Source: a virus
Lineage: Duplodnaviria > Caudoviricetes
DNA length: 64,000 nt
Direction: 5' to 3' (one strand)
Virus record (IMG/VR): IMGVR_UViG_2556921664_000001
Span: 1 to 64,000 of that record
This document shows, one piece after another, positions 27,264 to 35,349 of the stretch (the stretch's first letter is position 1; each line of letters opens with the position of its first letter). Under the pieces are notes generated by a model. That model had not been told where the DNA came from, did not search any database, and saw only the letters and a program-made list of their open reading frames with translations. The position numbers and the translations under genes were made by a program.

Positions 27264-28161
27264 AATTATCCCCCCTATAATTTTCCCAAAACCTTAAATC
27301 AGCAGACCAGTTAGGATCAAAGAAAACATCCAAAACCTTGACATCCTTGTACTCGTCCAAAAATGGCTGTCTGAGCAGTTCATCCTGTTCCTCAGAATTT
27401 AAATAAACAAGCTGGCTTCGTAATATTTCAGTTGGAGCAACACCTTCCTGTATCAAAACATGCCCTCTCATTACCTGCTGCTGAATATTTTTTTCATTGT
27501 CCCAGTAGCTGTGTAATCTGCCAGGCAACAAAATACCGATAATAATGCTTAAAAGCAGACTCAATACAGTCAGCAGGCACACACATATAATGCTTTCTGG
27601 TGGATTATTCAAACCAATAATTGTGCGAATAGCAAGATCCAGCCCTCCAGCTATTCCCCCAAGCAGTCCTATTACCAATATACTCATTCCCAACTGCCTC
27701 AAGATATTAATTTTTTCATAAATTTTCTGACGGCCGATTGAACCAGCACGCTGCAACGCTCCTTTAATATCCTCCGGTTTATAGCCATTGAGAACCATTT
27801 TTTTGCCCATGTGATATACAAAATTCGGATAATTTTTATCCAAGGAAAATTCAACAGCCGAAGTGATTCCCCTCCTTCTGAGAACCCAACATGCCGTAAG
27901 AAATAATCTTGCCAAAAATAGAGATTCGCCCTGCATTCTGTTTTGAAGTGGTAGATCACTGGCAAAAACTTCTTTCCACTTGGCGTTAAAGGATACTGCT
28001 GAAAAAACGACAAAGCCTATGCCAAGATATGTGATTAATACAGGCCAAAGGTTATCCAAATACAGCGTAGCTGTTGCTCCACCGATAAACAGGATAACTC
28101 CGAGGATAATATACCATTCTGTTTCCATATTTCTTTTCATAGCAATTCCCTTTCCTTTCAT
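27253..28161 (-). CDS. Divergent MotA/TolQ/ExbB-family membrane protein
   Basis: Four hydrophobic segments; RRRGITSAVE, MVLNGYKPEDIK, GHVLIQEGVAP align with MotA cytoplasmic motifs. Confidence 0.7.
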   Translation of the reverse strand: MKGKGIAMKRNMETEWYIILGVILFIGGATATLYLDNLWPVLITYLGIGFVVFSAVSFNAKWKEVFASDLPLQNRMQGESLFLARLFLTACWVLRRRGITSAVEFSLDKNYPNFVYHMGKKMVLNGYKPEDIKGALQRAGSIGRQKIYEKINILRQLGMSILVIGLLGGIAGGLDLAIRTIIGLNNPPESIICVCLLTVLSLLLSIIIGILLPGRLHSYWDNEKNIQQQVMRGHVLIQEGVAPTEILRSQLVYLNSEEQDELLRQPFLDEYKDVKVLDVFFDPNWSADLRFWENYRGDNYEH

Positions 28162-28164
28162 TTA

Positions 28165-30291
28165 CTACATCATGCAAAAACCAATTTGATGTTTTTCAGC
28201 TGGCTCCGAACCAAAAAATTCGTTTTTAAAATCATTAATAGTAAGATTTTTAATCATTTGTCTGTCAATATTTTCAGCGGAATAAGAATTGACCAGATAT
28301 TCAGCGTGAGAAAGTACAGCAGCCTCCAACACATTGCGAACAAATCGGCCATTGCCAAAATCCTTTTTATCAGAAGCTTTTTGGAACAGTTCACGGCAAT
28401 AATCCATGCTTTCCTCATCCAGCCTGTATCCCTGCTCTTCTGCCATGCACTCAAGAATTCTGCACAACTCATGTGCATCATAGTCAGAAAAGTCCAGATG
28501 AAACGCTATACGGCTTCTTAGGCCAACATTACGTTCAATAAATGATTTCATTGGCTGTGGGTATCCTGCAAAAATAACCAGCACATTTTCCCGGCGATTT
28601 TCCATTTCCTGCACAATGGTATTTATAGCTTCATCCCCATATAGTCCCTGTCGTTCATCCACCAGAGAATATGCTTCATCAATAAATAGTATTCCCCCTT
28701 CAGCTTCATCAAATTTTTTGATTACAATAGGAGCTGTGTGCCCTACAAACTTGCCTATCAGATCAGCCCTTCCACACTCCACGAAAGCGCCGGTGGAAAG
28801 AATATTACGCTCCTTCAGTATGCCGGCCAGCAGACGTGCCACTGTGGTTTTTGCAGTACCCGGATTACCGGTAAAAACCATGTGCAGGGCAGGCTTTTTA
28901 AGTTCTATTCCTTTTTTCTTTTGGATCGCCTGTATCTGATGTACAGCCAATATGCGATCAACTAATTTTTTTACCTCCTTTAAGCCAATTAATTGCTGCA
29001 ACTGTTCATAGGAATTATTTTCTACTTTTTCCTCTATTGTTTTATCAGCCGCCTTGATTCTGCGATAAGCAGGGTAATGCTCCCATCTTATTAACTCATC
29101 AGCAGCTTTTTCGTAGGCTTCCCAGGCTTCTGTTACAGAATACGTTTTTCCGGCTGTAAAGACGTTTTTCAGTTCCTTGGCCGTGAATTTCCGTTGTCCA
29201 CGACTAATGGCCAAATAATTTATATACTTTTTCGCTTGTTTTTCCCCTCCAACCCCTTCACTTATAGTGACAAAATCAATCGCACCATTTAAGGATTCAA
29301 TAAAACATCTGGTAGCATCAAGTTCTTTCTTGGCTGGTACAACCAGAATAAACAGCGTATTATTCCTATGCTGCTTTATTTCAGATACCAGATTATCAAT
29401 ATAATCTTCATGAAATGCATGTTTAAAATGTCCGCCTTTTCCTCTTTTTGTATCCATCCCCTCTGACATATACAGTACCATGGTTGATTGCTGGGCCAAG
29501 GAAACGATAGAATTCCAAAAAGAAATTTTACTGTCGTGAGGTACAAAATCATAAAAAGAAAAGATCCTTTTACTTTTAAGCCGATTCCTTGCATAAAGAG
29601 CAGATACCAAAAGGTCAATCATTTCCTGGGCTGTTTCTTGTCTTTCAGCCTGTATTATATAGTGAACAGGATGGCCCCAAAATTCATTGCTGTTTTGAGC
29701 ATCGTATATCCTGTCCAGCTCATCCCGTAAACTTTGATGGGCCATAATATTTTCCGCCTGATGTATTGCATTATTGAGTTTTTTGGGAATGGCAGAAACT
29801 ATATTTTCTTCAATACGATATTGCTTATGAACCGTCGAGTTTTTATTTTCAAAGTACTCCATGGAAAAATAATTCAAAATGGACCAGTGTGCTCTGATCA
29901 AATCTTCTTTATATCCCATTTTCACACACTCACAAAAATCCGAGCAGGTAATTTCTCTCAAATTTGTAATAAAGATACTTCTGATTCCGGAAATTTTATT
30001 ATCAAAAATCATTTTTATCCGTTCTTCTACTTTGCTGAAATCCTCAAATTTCTGTTCCCGGTTGTGGGCCAATATCACACTGATCTTTTTAGCGTTATTA
30101 TCTATATGATATACAAAGATACTCTGCCCTTCTTCGGCAATTTCCTTCCCCATGTCCATGTTAATATCCCTGAAAGCATCCCGATTATCTTTCCTGGATG
30201 CAGTTGATGCAGACTGTTTTGCTTCTGATTCCTCACTCACAGGAATATCCGTAATTTCTTCATACTGTAAGTCAAAGTGGTATAGCAGCAT
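28165..30291 (-). CDS. SpoVK/CbbX-like AAA+ ATPase with degenerate first module (708 aa)
   Basis: HMVFTGNPGTAKTT, GGILFIDEAYSL, VIFAGY, GLRSRI, FGNGRFVRN. Confidence 0.9.
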   Translation of the reverse strand: MLLYHFDLQYEEITDIPVSEESEAKQSASTASRKDNRDAFRDINMDMGKEIAEEGQSIFVYHIDNNAKKISVILAHNREQKFEDFSKVEERIKMIFDNKISGIRSIFITNLREITCSDFCECVKMGYKEDLIRAHWSILNYFSMEYFENKNSTVHKQYRIEENIVSAIPKKLNNAIHQAENIMAHQSLRDELDRIYDAQNSNEFWGHPVHYIIQAERQETAQEMIDLLVSALYARNRLKSKRIFSFYDFVPHDSKISFWNSIVSLAQQSTMVLYMSEGMDTKRGKGGHFKHAFHEDYIDNLVSEIKQHRNNTLFILVVPAKKELDATRCFIESLNGAIDFVTISEGVGGEKQAKKYINYLAISRGQRKFTAKELKNVFTAGKTYSVTEAWEAYEKAADELIRWEHYPAYRRIKAADKTIEEKVENNSYEQLQQLIGLKEVKKLVDRILAVHQIQAIQKKKGIELKKPALHMVFTGNPGTAKTTVARLLAGILKERNILSTGAFVECGRADLIGKFVGHTAPIVIKKFDEAEGGILFIDEAYSLVDERQGLYGDEAINTIVQEMENRRENVLVIFAGYPQPMKSFIERNVGLRSRIAFHLDFSDYDAHELCRILECMAEEQGYRLDEESMDYCRELFQKASDKKDFGNGRFVRNVLEAAVLSHAEYLVNSYSAENIDRQMIKNLTINDFKNEFFGSEPAEKHQIGFCMM

Positions 30292-30551
30292 TTTTCTTCC
30301 TCCTCAAATTTTGTCTCTGTTAATCTTTGGTTTAATTAAACCAAAACATTTTACATCTGTCAAGATTTAAAAAAATCATTTTATACATTTTCTTTTGAGT
30401 GCCATAAACCATACCGCATGTAACAGTTAAACAAGCCTGTAAATGCCGTTTTATTGGCATGTGAAAAAAGTATTTTAAAATGCACGATAAATTTTTCTTG
30501 ACAAAGATGTGTTTTTTTGGTTTATTTAAACTATAGATTGGAGGAACGGAT

Positions 30552-32333
30552 ATGGAGACTAAAATAATCGATAAATTACTTTCCCTGGGATTGCGCCGTA
30601 TTTGCAGGATTTTAAATGACTGTTTACGGTCTGACTATGCAGATACAAGGCCAGAAGCAATGTTTGCCTTAGCGGCGTCAGCATATTCCAAAAAGCTTGA
30701 AGCATTAAATCTGCTTTCACCTGATACATTTGAAAAACGCATTTCCGATGAAGATACCAGATCATACATGAGAGAATTCTCTCAGCAGCATGAGGGTATC
30801 ATTGAAGAAATAATACAAAAATTAAGCATTGAAGAATTACAGGCTGCACTTTTGTTTGGAAATAATGACTCTGTTATGAGTACATTGAAAACGCTCCCAG
30901 CCAGCGCAGCCCGTCTTTCCCTTAAATTATTGGATATACAGGACGGTGACAGTATATTAAATATTGCTTCCGGAAGAGGAATTTTCTTGCGGGAAGCTAT
31001 TTTTCAAAATTCAAATATTAAATCATTTGCCCTTGATAGCAACCGCTCCATGTGTCGCATATTAAATATCCTTTCAGCCTGCATGGGATGGAACATCAAT
31101 GTACAGGGGGGTGATATTTTCTCCAGCGATTTAAAATCAATAAAAGCCAATAAGCTCTTTATTGATGCACCGCTAGAAGAAAAAGAGATGGACTGGGAAA
31201 AATTCCATAACGAAATCGAAAATGATCCTTCGTTCAAGGATTTGGACTTTAATAACATACCTACGAAGCTGACAACCATGTGGTTTAAGATTATTTCGGC
31301 CCTTCGCTTTCAAGCTAAAAAAGCACGAGCCGTTGCAATTATTCGCGACAACTCGGATTTAATTGGTCCCGATACGGAAATCCTACGCAAAAAGCTAATA
31401 AACGAAGGACGTATTGAAGCAGTTATTTCATTACCGGAAAAATTGGATTATAACCGCTCCCCCATTTATCTTGTAGTGTTTAGTACCAATAATTCTTCCG
31501 TTCGTTTGGTGGATGCCCATGAAATATATACTTCAGCGGATGAGGAACCACCTCAGAAAAAGGTATCCATCGGACTTCATCCCCTTCAGACGTTAAAGGA
31601 GAAGGATATCGAGGAAATCTTGCAGGAATTAAAGACAGACAGTTCCATCAGCCGCTCTTTTTCCAATAAGGAATTGGCTCTCCGCAATTACAAACTGTTG
31701 CCAGATGTGGAATACTGGAACAATGATGACTACTGCAGAAGCCTTGCCAATTCGACAATGCCGGCTATAAAGGAAATCTGTCAGATATATCGCGGCGACA
31801 TTACTGCCAATGCCAAGAATTTAAAAAATTCCTTCAGTGAAGCTCCTACGGATTTCCAGTATCTTCAGCTAAAGGATGTACAGGAAGGTATTATTAAAAC
31901 ACCGCTGCAATATCTGAAAAGCATAGATGAAAAGCAGTATCCTTTCTGTGTAGAAAAAGATATTTTGGTCATGGGCAGAAATGCCCCAATAAGAATAGGA
32001 TTTTTACAAGTACCCGAAAACACAAAGGTATTATTGAGCGGTAATATATATGCCCTACAAACAAATGAGGAAATATATGACCCTGTTTACCTGATGTTAT
32101 ATTTGCAAAGTGATGATGGCATGAGGCAACTTTCTCATATTCTTAGAGGCAGGACTGCAATGCAGACCATCGCCTTAAGGGATTTGGAGCAGGTTAAGAT
32201 ACCACTTATACCATTGGAAGAACAAAAGGCTGTTGTGGCAAAATTCTGGGAGCTGCAGGAAAATCTCCAACAACTTCTCGACAAAACAAACCAGATAAGA
32301 GCTTCCATCCGTCAGTTGGTAACAGTTGTTTAG
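30552..32333 (+). CDS. Type I-like N6-adenine methyltransferase fused to a C-terminal TRD; catalytic motif degenerate
   Basis: ILNIASGRGIFL (motif I-like), LFIDAPL in place of NPPF, IEAVISLP, C-terminal HsdS-like VKIPLIPLEEQ. Confidence 0.75.
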   Translation: METKIIDKLLSLGLRRICRILNDCLRSDYADTRPEAMFALAASAYSKKLEALNLLSPDTFEKRISDEDTRSYMREFSQQHEGIIEEIIQKLSIEELQAALLFGNNDSVMSTLKTLPASAARLSLKLLDIQDGDSILNIASGRGIFLREAIFQNSNIKSFALDSNRSMCRILNILSACMGWNINVQGGDIFSSDLKSIKANKLFIDAPLEEKEMDWEKFHNEIENDPSFKDLDFNNIPTKLTTMWFKIISALRFQAKKARAVAIIRDNSDLIGPDTEILRKKLINEGRIEAVISLPEKLDYNRSPIYLVVFSTNNSSVRLVDAHEIYTSADEEPPQKKVSIGLHPLQTLKEKDIEEILQELKTDSSISRSFSNKELALRNYKLLPDVEYWNNDDYCRSLANSTMPAIKEICQIYRGDITANAKNLKNSFSEAPTDFQYLQLKDVQEGIIKTPLQYLKSIDEKQYPFCVEKDILVMGRNAPIRIGFLQVPENTKVLLSGNIYALQTNEEIYDPVYLMLYLQSDDGMRQLSHILRGRTAMQTIALRDLEQVKIPLIPLEEQKAVVAKFWELQENLQQLLDKTNQIRASIRQLVTVV

Positions 32334-32414
32334 GAGGTGAAAAAACATATCTAGCTATGTAGTTGAAGAGTTATTATGATGATAATTTTGTTTAGTGTAT
32401 AGGAGGAGTTATTT

Positions 32415-32603
32415 ATGAGTTCATCAAGTGTAGATTACCGGATTTGTGTAACATGCAGAAATTGGGGCGGTTACAGAAAAACAGACGCATGTAAAATGTG
32501 GATAGAATACGACAACAATGAAGAAGGTTATTGTGCAAACTGGCAGTCGGACAAAACGGCTGACAATACATGCAGTGGGTGGGAACCATTATACAATTCC
32601 TGA
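32415..32603 (+). CDS. Small Cys-rich putative metal-binding protein (62 aa)
   Basis: CVTCRNWGG...GYC...C.GW; AGGAGG RBS. Confidence 0.7.
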   Translation: MSSSSVDYRICVTCRNWGGYRKTDACKMWIEYDNNEEGYCANWQSDKTADNTCSGWEPLYNS

Positions 32604-32657
32604 TAAACCGTTCTATATGAAGTGAATCAGTTTTTCAAAGCAATATAAAGATAAAAA

Positions 32658-32702
32658 ATGGGCTGTCGCGTTTTGATAATTTTTCAACATGCGACAGCCC
32701 AT
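32658..32702. repeat. Perfect 12-bp inverted repeat (REP-like element or terminator)
   Basis: ATGGGCTGTCGC...GCGACAGCCCAT with inner TTGA/TCAA. Confidence 0.6.
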
Positions 32703-32859
32703 TCAACCCTAAAGGATTTTTCTGAAACTATTAAGGGATACGCCAAGATTAAAACGTGTTTAAATCGGCAGAAATAGATTATAAACGTCAATCATAATTT
32801 GAGCCACATTTAGATTAGCATTTATAATAGATAGTTGATAACTATGTGCAGGTGATAAT

Positions 32860-33381
32860 ATGAAGAAATTGCTGAATGTAAGGGAAGTTAGAAAAATTGT
32901 GTTCGGAAGCCCGTCTGCTCAATTGAGAGATAAAACAAATTCTATTACAGAAATCTCAAAAGCAATTAACCACTATAAAAATAAACTTCATGAATTATCG
33001 GATGAAGATTATAAAAAAATTGTTGCTCTGGCCGAAAATGCCAAACCAGACTTTGCCCATTACGGTTGTTATTATGCAGGAGAAAATGAAATATTCTTCG
33101 TCGTAGAATTTTATAAATTTAACACTAATAGCAATATAGAAAATTGCTTATTTGTTATCATTGCAAAACCGTTTACATGTGAGTTTTGTGGCGGCAAAAC
33201 CGCCAATGATGTAATTGTAGATTATAACGGTGAGATTGAAAGTGATTGTTTCTTTGGAAATTATGCAAATTTTGTTTCTAAAAATGAAATAGCGATTAAC
33301 AAGAGAACCATAAAATTAATTAAAAATATTCCAATTGATACTGTGCCTGAAGAATTTTATGCTATGATGAATAATGTGTGA
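32860..33381 (+). CDS. Hypothetical protein (173 aa)
   Basis: AGGTGA RBS; no motif recognised apart from CEFC. Confidence 0.65.
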   Translation: MKKLLNVREVRKIVFGSPSAQLRDKTNSITEISKAINHYKNKLHELSDEDYKKIVALAENAKPDFAHYGCYYAGENEIFFVVEFYKFNTNSNIENCLFVIIAKPFTCEFCGGKTANDVIVDYNGEIESDCFFGNYANFVSKNEIAINKRTIKLIKNIPIDTVPEEFYAMMNNV

Positions 33382-33490
33382 ATAATACTGGGGAGCCCAT
33401 TCTAAGGAAATAATTATGAAGACCTCGGCAACTACTGCAACCAATAAAAAAAGCAGGCCCCATCAGAGAACTCTCCGACGGGGCCACAAA

Positions 33491-33910
33491 TCATTTTCCT
33501 ATACAAACGCAAAGCAGCAGTCCGGCTATGATCCAGGCTGCTGTTTTCACTTGCTTGGCTCTATTCAGTTTTGCTTGCTCCTCTTTCTCGAACTGTTTTA
33601 AGGATGCTCTGGCAGTCTCTAATGAGTTCTCCTGCTCTATCATTTCCTTCCTTAAGCTGTAGATTTGATTTTGTAGCTTCTCGGACTCCTGCTCTGCCCG
33701 ACTCAATTTCTCCTCGGACTCCTGCAGCTGTATCTGCTGCTGACTCAACATCTCTGATTGTCTGTCGTTCAAGTCGGATAGCTCCATCAAGTTGTTCTCT
33801 AAATGTGTCAACTCCGACTCCGTTATCTGGTACGTTGCTTCTGAGGCAAAGGACAACTGCGGCACCGATAATAAAACCAATAACAACAACCACCAATATC
33901 TTTTTAACAT
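33491..33910 (-). CDS. Spanin-like periplasmic coiled-coil protein (signal peptide plus C-terminal hydrophobic anchor)
   Basis: MLKRYWWLLLLVLLSVPQLSFA signal, long Q/E coiled coil, AAWIIAGLLLCVCIG; follows the endolysin. Confidence 0.6.
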   Translation of the reverse strand: MLKRYWWLLLLVLLSVPQLSFASEATYQITESELTHLENNLMELSDLNDRQSEMLSQQQIQLQESEEKLSRAEQESEKLQNQIYSLRKEMIEQENSLETARASLKQFEKEEQAKLNRAKQVKTAAWIIAGLLLCVCIGK

Positions 33911-33914
33911 TCAT
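33561..33914 (-). CDS. Spanin-like protein with N-terminal TM anchor, overlapping the previous gene in another frame
   Basis: MNVKKILVVVVIGFIIGAAVVLC then helical; start 4 nt upstream of the partner (ATGAATG). Confidence 0.6.
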   Translation of the reverse strand: MNVKKILVVVVIGFIIGAAVVLCLRSNVPDNGVGVDTFREQLDGAIRLERQTIRDVESAADTAAGVRGEIESGRAGVREATKSNLQLKEGNDRAGELIRDCQSILKTVRERGASKTE

Positions 33915-33924
33915 AAGCCCTCCA

Positions 33925-34509
33925 TCACATATAGTCCGTTACACCGCGGGCAATGGCCCTCGCAAACTCATCCTGGTTAAACCGTAAAAGCTTCTCATCA
34001 TCCTCATTGGAAATAAATGCCAACTCCACAAGGACTGCTGGCATATCCGTATTGGTAAGGACATAGAGTCCGTTCTTACCCGGGGTTGCCATCTTAACTC
34101 CCCTGTCCACGGTTCCAAGGTGATCTACAATCTGGGACTGGATGCATTCAGCCAGATGCTTTCCATCACTGGAACCAGCACAGTACCATGTTTCAGTTCC
34201 CTCCGCATATGGGGACTCCACACTGTTACAGTGAATGGAAATAAAAAGATCTGCATCAAGGTTATTAGCCTCACTGCAGACCTCATATAATTCATCACTC
34301 TGTAACACAGCAGTTTCAATCCCCACGGCATTAAGGTAATGCTCTACCAGCTTACCAACGCTTAGTACCACATCACATTCCCTAAGACCTGTGACATCAC
34401 TTACCGCCCCCGGATCTGGTACTCCATTTGGCGCATGGCCTGGATTAATAAATACCTTCATATTACTTCTCTCCTCTCTTTTCAACATGGTGCTTTCCAG
34501 CACCGCCAA
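33925..34509 (-). CDS. N-acetylmuramoyl-L-alanine amidase (Amidase_3) endolysin; likely start MKVFINPGH
   Basis: NPGH...E, FISIHCN, GTETWY, PAVLVELAFISN. Confidence 0.92.
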   Translation of the reverse strand: MAVLESTMLKREERSNMKVFINPGHAPNGVPDPGAVSDVTGLRECDVVLSVGKLVEHYLNAVGIETAVLQSDELYEVCSEANNLDADLFISIHCNSVESPYAEGTETWYCAGSSDGKHLAECIQSQIVDHLGTVDRGVKMATPGKNGLYVLTNTDMPAVLVELAFISNEDDEKLLRFNQDEFARAIARGVTDYM

Positions 34510-34687
34510 TATAACCTAAAAGACCGCTGGCAATACTCATGCTAAGCTCATTAAGATTTGAGTAAATGGCTATGATGAGAGCTGCGGATAAGGCTACAAC
34601 TACAACCAAGTCTGTAACATTAATTCTTTCTATCACTATGACCACCTCCGACATCAAAAGGGGAAACAATAGGCACGTCCTGGTCAA
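34463..34687 (-). CDS. Putative small two-TM holin (true start probably internal)
   Basis: VVVVALSAALIIAIY and SIASGLLGYIGG segments, basic C-terminus, directly upstream of the endolysin. Confidence 0.6.
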   Translation of the reverse strand: MTRTCLLFPLLMSEVVIVIERINVTDLVVVVALSAALIIAIYSNLNELSMSIASGLLGYIGGAGKHHVEKRGEK

Positions 34688-35105
34688 TCGGAAGGTTCAT
34701 CATTTCATCAAAGAAATACTCCCCATCACCATTGCCACCGAATTCGTCATGATAGCATTTGTACATATCCCGGATATTATTTCTTGCGGTGATGGTAATA
34801 CTCCCACGCTCAATAAAGGCACGACAGGACTGAATAATCCTATCCCTGAGAAGGACAAGGCCACCCTTACAGATACGGTCAACCCCTATCTGGAGAGCCC
34901 TTATCTCCTTTTTCATCTCAGCATTCTGATTGTTGATTTCTTCCTGCCAGGCTATAAACTTCTTCTGATTTTCCATCATTTCCATAAATAGCTGTTCTTT
35001 CTTTGCCACTGCCTCATCATGCTTATTTGCCATGCTCTGGGCTCGGCCAGAAAAGAAACTAAGCACTGCCGTGGCCAGCATAATGAGAATCTGCTCTGAT
35101 GTCAT
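34620..35105 (-). CDS. Lysis-cassette membrane protein (holin-like or antiholin-like)
   Basis: N-terminal TM, coiled coil, LRDRIIQ...YH..FGGNG motif common in Firmicute phage lysis cassettes. Confidence 0.6.
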   Translation of the reverse strand: MTSEQILIMLATAVLSFFSGRAQSMANKHDEAVAKKEQLFMEMMENQKKFIAWQEEINNQNAEMKKEIRALQIGVDRICKGGLVLLRDRIIQSCRAFIERGSITITARNNIRDMYKCYHDEFGGNGDGEYFFDEMMNLPIDQDVPIVSPFDVGGGHSDRKN

Positions 35106-35109
35106 TTAA

Positions 35110-35349
35110 TCACGCTCCTATAATTACTGCTTGTGAATTTGATGTAAGCTGGCACCACACCATTGCTCCCGGATACATATTTACCTGAGTGCCGGCTATT
35201 GCATGGTAGGTCTTTCCCTCAATAAGGACAGTATCTCTTGAGACCATAGTTCCCCGCAAAGCCCCGATATTGGTTGACTTCTTGTTGGCTACATCCAATA
35301 TTGCTTTAACTGCGTCATGTAGTTTTTGTAAATTATCCATTTTCAACAC
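35110..35349 (-). CDS. Small tail-associated protein
   Basis: Coupled to the upstream tail gene; beta-rich. Confidence 0.6.
   Translation of the reverse strand: MLKMDNLQKLHDAVKAILDVANKKSTNIGALRGTMVSRDTVLIEGKTYHAIAGTQVNMYPGAMVWCQLTSNSQAVIIGA

Noticed and set aside
27253-28161. Zorya (ZorA) call for the MotA-like gene
   Set aside because: No ZorB/OmpA-like partner, no long ZorA tail and no ZorC/D/E genes nearby
30552-32333. Complete type I restriction-modification system
   Set aside because: No HsdR or separate HsdS in the window, and the catalytic motif is degenerate
33416-33601. 61-aa plus-strand ORF at the end of the lysis cassette
   Set aside because: It overlaps two terminator-like hairpins and the spanin-like genes; likely spurious
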